The position numbers and the translations under genes were made by a program. A stretch of DNA of 63,218 nt, counting the filler, from Saprolegnia diclina VS20 (Eukaryota): the NCBI RefSeq assembly GCF_000281045.1. It is 3 parts of 2 records of this genome, joined end to end, with 100 filler letters (N's around TTAATTAATTAA, not from the genome) between each part and the next. Parts side by side here need not be neighbours in the genome. Positions count along the whole stretch, not along the records: positions 53,399 to 63,218 come from NW_008246190.1; 2 more parts are not named here. The stretch is one strand, 5' to 3'. Below are positions 56,956 to 63,218 of this stretch, piece after piece. Numbering within the stretch: position 1 is the stretch's first letter; every line of letters starts with the position of its first letter. The notes under the pieces were generated by a model. The model searched no databases. It saw only the letters and a list, made by a program, of their open reading frames with translations, and was not told where the DNA came from.

Positions 56956-58506
56956 ATGGGATCCTTGACAACACGGACGGCCGAGCGCTCGCCGCTCGTG
57001 GAGGCAACGTTCGTCGTGACGCGGACGTCAGCATGGCGCTTCTGGAGCCCGTTTAGCCCGAGCCACCGCTTCTTCCTCCTCGTGGCGACCTGCGGCGTCG
57101 CGTTCAGCGGCCACTTTATTCGGGTACCATGCTTCCAAGCGCGTTCTTGACACTCATGGATGCCACGCCTGTAGAGTGGGATGGCAGCCGTCGAGCAGCT
57201 CATGCTCGACGATCCAGCGCACCCGATCAGCAACACGTTTTACGGCGCGCTCTCGTCGTCGGCGTCGTGGCCCAATTTGCTCTTGCCGTTTGTCGGCGGC
57301 CATTGGCTCGACCGCGATGGCAGCCGCTGCCTATCGTACTTTGTCGGGCTCATGATTCTCGGGCACACGATCTTCACGCTCGCAATGGCCCACCACAGCT
57401 ACGGGCTGGCGCTCGCCGGGCGCTTCGTCTATGGCATGGGCGAGGGCAGCGTGTACGTCGGCGCGCGGGCGTTCGCCGCCACGTGGTTTGACACGACCGA
57501 AATCACGTGCGCTATGGGCATCATCGTGGCCATGACCAACGTCGCACGCATGGCGGCCAAGTGGACCATGGCCCCGATTGCTCTCTACTTTGGCAGCTAC
57601 GTCTATAGCTTTTGGTACGGCGACGTCATGTGTCTTGTCTCGCTCGCCTGCGCGTGCATTGTGATCCACGCCACGCAGCGCCTCCAAACCCTACGCGCGA
57701 CCTTGACCGTCGAGGACATTGACCCGCGCTTGCCGTGGCTCACGGCGTATGTGAGTCCGCGGGTCGCACCTCTGGCGCATGCCAGCAAGCACGGGCTCCT
57801 CTCGCGCGAGTCGCTGCAGCTCGTGGGCACACTCCCGCGCCTCGTACGTCCTTGTGTGTCTCTTTGGGATTTGGTGCTAATATCTATAATCTAGTTTTGG
57901 CTCGTGCTCGCGCTCCAGATTCTGTATGTGCAAAATTTTCACTGGTTCCAAAATATCTCGGCCAGCTACCTCTACCAAGTGTACGGCTACTCGCTCGTGC
58001 TCTCGGGGGTTCTTGCGAGTCTCTCCCACGTCCTCGTGCTCGCCTCGCCGATTCTCGGTCTGCTCTTGGATCGAACCCACGGCCGACTGCACTGGGTCCT
58101 CGCGTCGACTGTTTGCGGTGTCGTTGCGTTTGCGTGGCTCCTCTTTACACCGTACACCCCCATTGTGACGCTGCTCCTCATCTCGCTCTGCCTCACGGTC
58201 ACACCCGCCGTCCTCGTCGCGGCGCTCGCGACCTCGGTGCCCCAGGAACGATATGGCATGGCGTTTGGCGTCCTCGAGGTCTTTGAGGCGCTGGCCATGA
58301 CGATCGGCAACGTCCTCGTTGGGTACCTTCGCGACGTGACGGGCAGCTACACGGCCGACGTGTACCTCTTCTTTGGCATCTCGTGGATCACGCTGGCGCT
58401 CGGCGTCGCCTTGTTCTTGACAGGGACCAGCTCACAGAATGTGCGCGCGTGCGACGACGACCACTTGGGCCTTGAGCTTCTTCCAGACAAGATGTCCAAA
58501 GCCTAA
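56956..58506 (+). CDS. MFSD1-like MFS transporter, 3 exons
   Basis: N-terminal ERSPLV dileucine-type signal; PNLLLPFVGGHWLD, GRFVYGMGEG, WFDTTEITCAMG. Confidence 0.9.
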
Positions 58507-61039
58507 TGGAGATACGTGGCGCCAGCACAATCTCCCGGTCGTGGATTTGGCTACGTATTGGCCGCGTTTGTTTTACTCATTTTTCAGTTTTGCTTGCATA
58601 TCATCTCAAGTCTCCTCGCCGATGCATCTGCACCCAGATTGTGCCACGTGGACGCGTGCCCCTAGTCTAGGTGATCGGTACCTCCGTCGGGGTTTAGGTT
58701 TTCTCTTGAGTGTCATTTGTAAATTTCGTTTTGCTTCCGCTTGTCTTTTGGCATGCAGCTCTTGGCGTCGCTTCAACCCCGCGCAACCGCCATCACGGCG
58801 ACATGTTATGATATAGGACACGTCGCGGTTGTTTGGAGCTTGGGACCTCATTGCACATCTTATGGCGCTATCGTAGAGCGACACCGCATCGAATCGCGAC
58901 GACACTTGTCAACGCTAGGACGGGACGCTGTGGTGGCTGGGCACCATCGTACTGGAAGCGGGCAACGGTCGATCAAAGCGAGACACGAGTACGGGCGAGA
59001 GGGATGGACACTTGACCACACGTCCGAGAGCACCACGTGTTTCAAGCCAAGGGTATCGTCAGTATGACACACACGGGCACGATCGAAGGGGTGGTGGGAA
59101 ATTCCTTTCGAGCTATCGACGAAGCGAATGCAAGGTCGCATGGGCATCCCGTTGGCTATAGCGAGGCCAACCGCGAGCTCGTAAACGAAATCGGTGGTGC
59201 GGTGCTTTCTGGGAAGGAGTATTTTCCTGTGAGCACTATGACGGGCGGTGTGGTTTGGCTTGTTTCGTGTTGGCAGACACAGAATCCAGAGGGAGGCTTA
59301 CGAAGAACACGAGCAGTTGACGTGTCGTGCGGTTCGATTTGATAGTCGACACCAAAACTGTAGTCTCTTGGCCCTTCCAGAAGACAACGTGTCGTCCCTT
59401 CTACTACACAGATACCGTTACCTCGGAGACTTGGTGAGCAATAGCAGATGTAGCAAGTTGTGACGTGGCGCTTGGATTCGCTTAGCACCTTGATGAGGCA
59501 GCTCCAGTGTCGAGTTAGCTGCGCTACAGGTTTTGGTCTCGCATGACGAGTCCCAATATCTACGGGCTTGGCGTTAACCTGCGCTTGGAGCGATGCCGAG
59601 ACACTTGCGCCCGAGTGCTGCGCTATCTACTGCACCTCTCACCAGCGGTATCAAGTTGTTGCTGGCCAGGTAGATCGTCCGCAGGCTGAATTGTCTGAGA
59701 CATCGGCACATCATATAGCGAACTGGTATAAAAATATAAAGCGCGGTTGTCTTTCTCTCGGATGTATCCCCTAACCCCAGTCCAATACGGGGCTACGGGA
59801 TACATGCGAGAGACACACTTTGCGATAAACTAGCCTGCTCTATTCGGACCACATGCGTAAACCGGCGGTGCATGCGAGCGGTGAGGTGTAGGCTTTGAGA
59901 CCGGCCGATAAGCTTCAGGTCACGCTTCGTCTTTAGAGCACTTCCACCCATACGCACGAAGACTTACGGACCATCTCAAGTGAAGATCCTCCCGTGGTGT
60001 AGAGACATTCTACTGTACCTTGTGGCTAGTACAGTTGTGTTGGGGTAAGCAATGGGCCCAGGGCTTCAGGTCAATATGATGGCGACCTGATATACGGCAC
60101 GATCACACCAGAGGGCGCGATCTGGCTCAGATCCCGTGGGCCTCAGATGATCATCTTCGGACCACCGATGCAAGCGTCCAGGGCACGATTGAATACCATC
60201 GGTGGGATTTTGCTGAAAGAAAACTTCAAAGACAAGCGCGTTTTGGCGAAATGACGCTACGCTCCTACCATTGCTCCCACCGCAGTGCAGACGTTAAAAC
60301 AGGCGGAATTACTCGCGAGATAACACGTCCGATCATATCCTGACTCGTGTGCTCCATGGCACTGCTCGCGCAGGCACACATGCAATGGCACCCGCTGATA
60401 CGACCCGTGGCGTTGGAAAGGAAGGTAAATGTACTGTAGTACATGCTTCAATATCCTTTTTCCTTGTTTGCGTGGACGATTTTGATCCTATTTGACAGAG
60501 TGATTACAATAGCTGTCCTAAATAGTGACCCCTTTCTAGTGCGCGTACGAGGCCCGGCTACGATGCCCCACTCGACTGAGCTACAGTAGAGTATGGGTAG
60601 TACAGTAAGCTCCTGTCGGTTGCGACAAGGAGTCGAACTAAGCTGCACTGCATCATCCGTTGCCGGGATGCTATCAGCCACACACGCCAGAGCTGCTACC
60701 AGATCCAGCGCCACCAGATGTGGATCTTGGTCCTGTGACGCTGTCTTCATATGCCCTGCGACTTTGCATCCTTTCTCACAATCACAGCTTGCAGTCTCAA
60801 TAGGCCGCAACGAATGGATAGCCCTTTCTGTTAAATCCATTACAAGGATAGTACGGAGAACGCTTGCTCTTGACGATAATCCCGTGCTCAACGCGTGGCG
60901 GATGAACCCCGCGCTTGGCAGGATGCACTATGTGCGATTTGCCACAGATGTTTTCAGTGCATCCCATCTGCTGCCATGTTGCAAACAGTATACGGTAGAC
61001 GGAGCACGAAACAAGAGATCCGAGTGGTGTTGTGCCAAA

Positions 61040-61055
61040 CTCATTTTCAAATTTG
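61040..61055 (+). promoter_or_regulatory. INR+FPR core promoter
   Basis: CTCATTTTCAAATTTG, 10 nt before ATG 61065. Confidence 0.75.
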
Positions 61056-61064
61056 CTCTCCACC

Positions 61065-61472
61065 ATGAAGGTCCAGTTCTCCATCGCTACGTGCCTTACG
61101 CTTCTTGCCGCTGCCTCGGCCACGCACGCCAACTGCGACTTGGATCCGGCGACCAAGGCGCCGACACCGTCCGTGACACCCGTGCCATCGTCGTCCTCGA
61201 CGCCCTCGGTGGTGCCGACGACCGAGGCGCCAGCGACCACGTGCGGCAACTGCAAAAACTGCTACTACCCCGGCAACGGCGGTTGCCACGCCAACTGGAC
61301 GCTCGCCAACTGCAATGCGAACCCGCACTACGTTTGGTGTGGCGAGCCCGGCTATTGCGGCACGTGCCGCGGATGCCAAACGAGCGCGGGGTGCATCGCC
61401 AACTGGAGCAAGGCAGACTGCGACGCCAACAAGGCCAACGACTACGTCTGGTGCGGTGCCATTGCCAAGTAA
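61065..61472 (+). CDS. Small secreted protein: signal peptide, P/T/S linker, two 6-Cys modules
   Basis: MKVQFSIATCLTLLAAASATHA; two copies of CGxCxxC...C..NW....C...YVWCG. Confidence 0.9.
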   Translation: MKVQFSIATCLTLLAAASATHANCDLDPATKAPTPSVTPVPSSSSTPSVVPTTEAPATTCGNCKNCYYPGNGGCHANWTLANCNANPHYVWCGEPGYCGTCRGCQTSAGCIANWSKADCDANKANDYVWCGAIAK

Positions 61473-62165
61473 ACACGACTTACTAACAAAATACAGCCCC
61501 TTTATCATGTTTGACGGACTGGAGGATCATACCAACTCGTGTGCTCTCTCAACACCAAGCATAGCGTCACAGAACCACGCCGCACGGATATAGGCAAAGC
61601 GCCACCCGTGGCTTGCTCTCGCATAAAGAGTCGTCGATTCAGTTCACTTGTCGCCTCGTCTTCCCATCGCGCTGGAGTATCTTGCTGTAGCCGCCCAGCC
61701 CGTTTCCACCCAAGGGCACAAGTCGTCACGTCCACTGACGTTGCCATCCCGAACTCGTCGAGCCCAAACAACTTGGTGCGACTGGCTTTCGCGTACCAAC
61801 ATACCACATATGTGTCGAGGCTGAGGCCCCAGGGTTTATGCCCAGCAGGTTGATACTCTCGAGTGCTAGTGCCGAGGAGAGTTCGTCTTGGCAATGGTAA
61901 ATCGCACAACAAGTGCTGTCGCCAATGACCACGTTGGTCTAGTTGATGGGACAATCGGGCGTTGGTCGACCTTGTTGTTTCTCAATTCAATGCGAAGCCC
62001 TGTCGTCGCATGCTCGTGTACGAGTGCGTGCGCTGCCCCTAAAATGACCAGTGACGCTGCAAGCGGGAGAGGCCACGTCATATCATGGCAAAAAGGTGCG
62101 CTTTTTCGGAAAAACGCACCAACTGGTCTGTGATTGGCCGACGTTCAGAGTGCTTTTGACGTCGC

Positions 62166-63218
62166 ATGAATCGCCTCCTGCAGACCTTCGTCACCCCGGA
62201 GGCCAAGCCCCCGATGCCCAGCAAGCCGCCGATGGCGATCAGCGTCCCCGCGCCCGTGACCGTCGACGATGGGCAGTATGAGGAGCTCGACCTCGACGAC
62301 ATTGGCTCGAGCGGCAACCACACGGCCGAGTTCTTCTCGATGCAGTCCAAGAGCCCGATCATCCGCTCCATGGGGCGGTCCTTTGACCACGGCCAGCCCG
62401 AAAGCAGCGCGTACGGCCCGCGCTCCAACGACTCGGCCGCGTCTCTTCGGTCGCAGCCCGCGTCGGCGCTCTTTGGTTCGCCGTCCATGAACCTCAGCAC
62501 GCAGGCGTCGTACGGCTCGTCGTCGTCGCTGACGTCGTCCGCCGCCTCGCTCTTTGAGCACGAGGCTCCTGCCGGCGCCTTTGGCGCGCATGCGCATCAC
62601 TTTGAACAGGCGCCGTACCAGGCACAGACAGCGCCGCAGGAGGCCACGGATCGCTTTGGACCGTCGTCGTCGCCCGAGCCACCGCAAGATGCTCCGTACT
62701 TTGCGCCAGCCGCGCCGACGCCTGGTCCGTTCTCGCCGCCAAGGGAAGCGGCGTCCCTCTTTGGCGACTCGTCGCCATCCGACCCGTTTGCCCAAGCGTT
62801 CCAGCACCCGAGCTATCCCCAGCCATCGTACCAGCAGCCAGCTTACCATCAACCGGCTTACCAGCAGCCAGCGTACCAGCAGCCGTCGGGCCAGCATGTC
62901 CCGCCACCGCAGTATACGGGTCATACCTCGCAGTCTTCGCGACCCCAAGAGGCAGCGTCTCTCTTTGCTATCGACGATTCAAGCGATCCATTCCGCTCGT
63001 CGCAAGCCCCGCACCAGCCGTTGCCCGAGACCAACCCGGTGTCGTCGCCTGCGCACGAAGCTGCCTCGCTCTTTGGCCACGCACCGTCAAGTGCTTTCTC
63101 AGCGCCTACCGTCCACGCTCAAGCGCACAGCGAGCCGTCACCCCCAAAGCCGACGTCGCCACGCCCACAAGAAGCAGCGTCGTTGTTTGGTGATGACGAC
63201 TCGTCGGCCCCGTGGGGC
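62166..63218 (+). CDS. N-terminus of a large disordered P/S/A/Q-rich protein with repeated (E)AASLF(G) motifs; possibly COPII scaffold Sec16
   Basis: Open frame from ATG 62166 to the window end (absent from the ORF track because it has no stop); CCAAT and GCCACGTCA upstream. Confidence 0.7.
   Translation, partial: MNRLLQTFVTPEAKPPMPSKPPMAISVPAPVTVDDGQYEELDLDDIGSSGNHTAEFFSMQSKSPIIRSMGRSFDHGQPESSAYGPRSNDSAASLRSQPASALFGSPSMNLSTQASYGSSSSLTSSAASLFEHEAPAGAFGAHAHHFEQAPYQAQTAPQEATDRFGPSSSPEPPQDAPYFAPAAPTPGPFSPPREAASLFGDSSPSDPFAQAFQHPSYPQPSYQQPAYHQPAYQQPAYQQPSGQHVPPPQYTGHTSQSSRPQEAASLFAIDDSSDPFRSSQAPHQPLPETNPVSSPAHEAASLFGHAPSSAFSAPTVHAQAHSEPSPPKPTSPRPQEAASLFGDDDSSAPWG
62820..62886 (+). repeat. 15-bp coding tandem repeat (QPAYQ-like, ~4 copies)
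   Basis: QPSYQ QPAYH QPAYQ QPAYQ QP. Confidence 0.8.

Noticed and set aside
60042..60061. ATGGGCCCAG as a Copia primer-binding site
   Set aside because: Partial match only; no adjacent LTR end or gag ORF

Overview
Eukaryotic, GC-rich, gene-dense DNA with short (mostly ~43-58 nt) GT-AG introns, INR/FPR and CCAAT promoter elements and gene families typical of oomycetes; most likely a Saprolegniales water mould (inference). About 30 protein-coding genes. Recognisable ones include a metallothionein, TMEM41/VTT protein, DENN-domain protein, PrimPol, COQ11-like SDR, Rab7, M20 amidohydrolase, AAA ATPase, NDC1, ankyrin protein, MJ1316+2H-phosphoesterase (LENG9-like) protein, AMSH/STAMBP-like N-terminus, VTI1, VPS9 GEF, two PX-RING-H2 proteins, DNA-PKcs (~11.7 kb), PhnP-like metallo-beta-lactamase, three MFSD1-like transporters, a secreted Cys-repeat protein and the start of a possible Sec16. 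There are four assembly gaps, two of them 100-bp artificial linkers containing TTAATTAATTAA, so contiguity across them is not guaranteed. No rRNA, tRNA or CRISPR was seen. Most notable observations: a 20-Cys metallothionein, a PH-like N-terminal module spliced onto PrimPol, a PrimPol/COQ11 coding overlap, a stand-alone A20-type zinc-finger gene, a recurring TCCGGATA promoter motif that also marks a possible hidden gene, and a 31-bp TIR/TSD micro-element. All gene models were read by eye; no database search was run.
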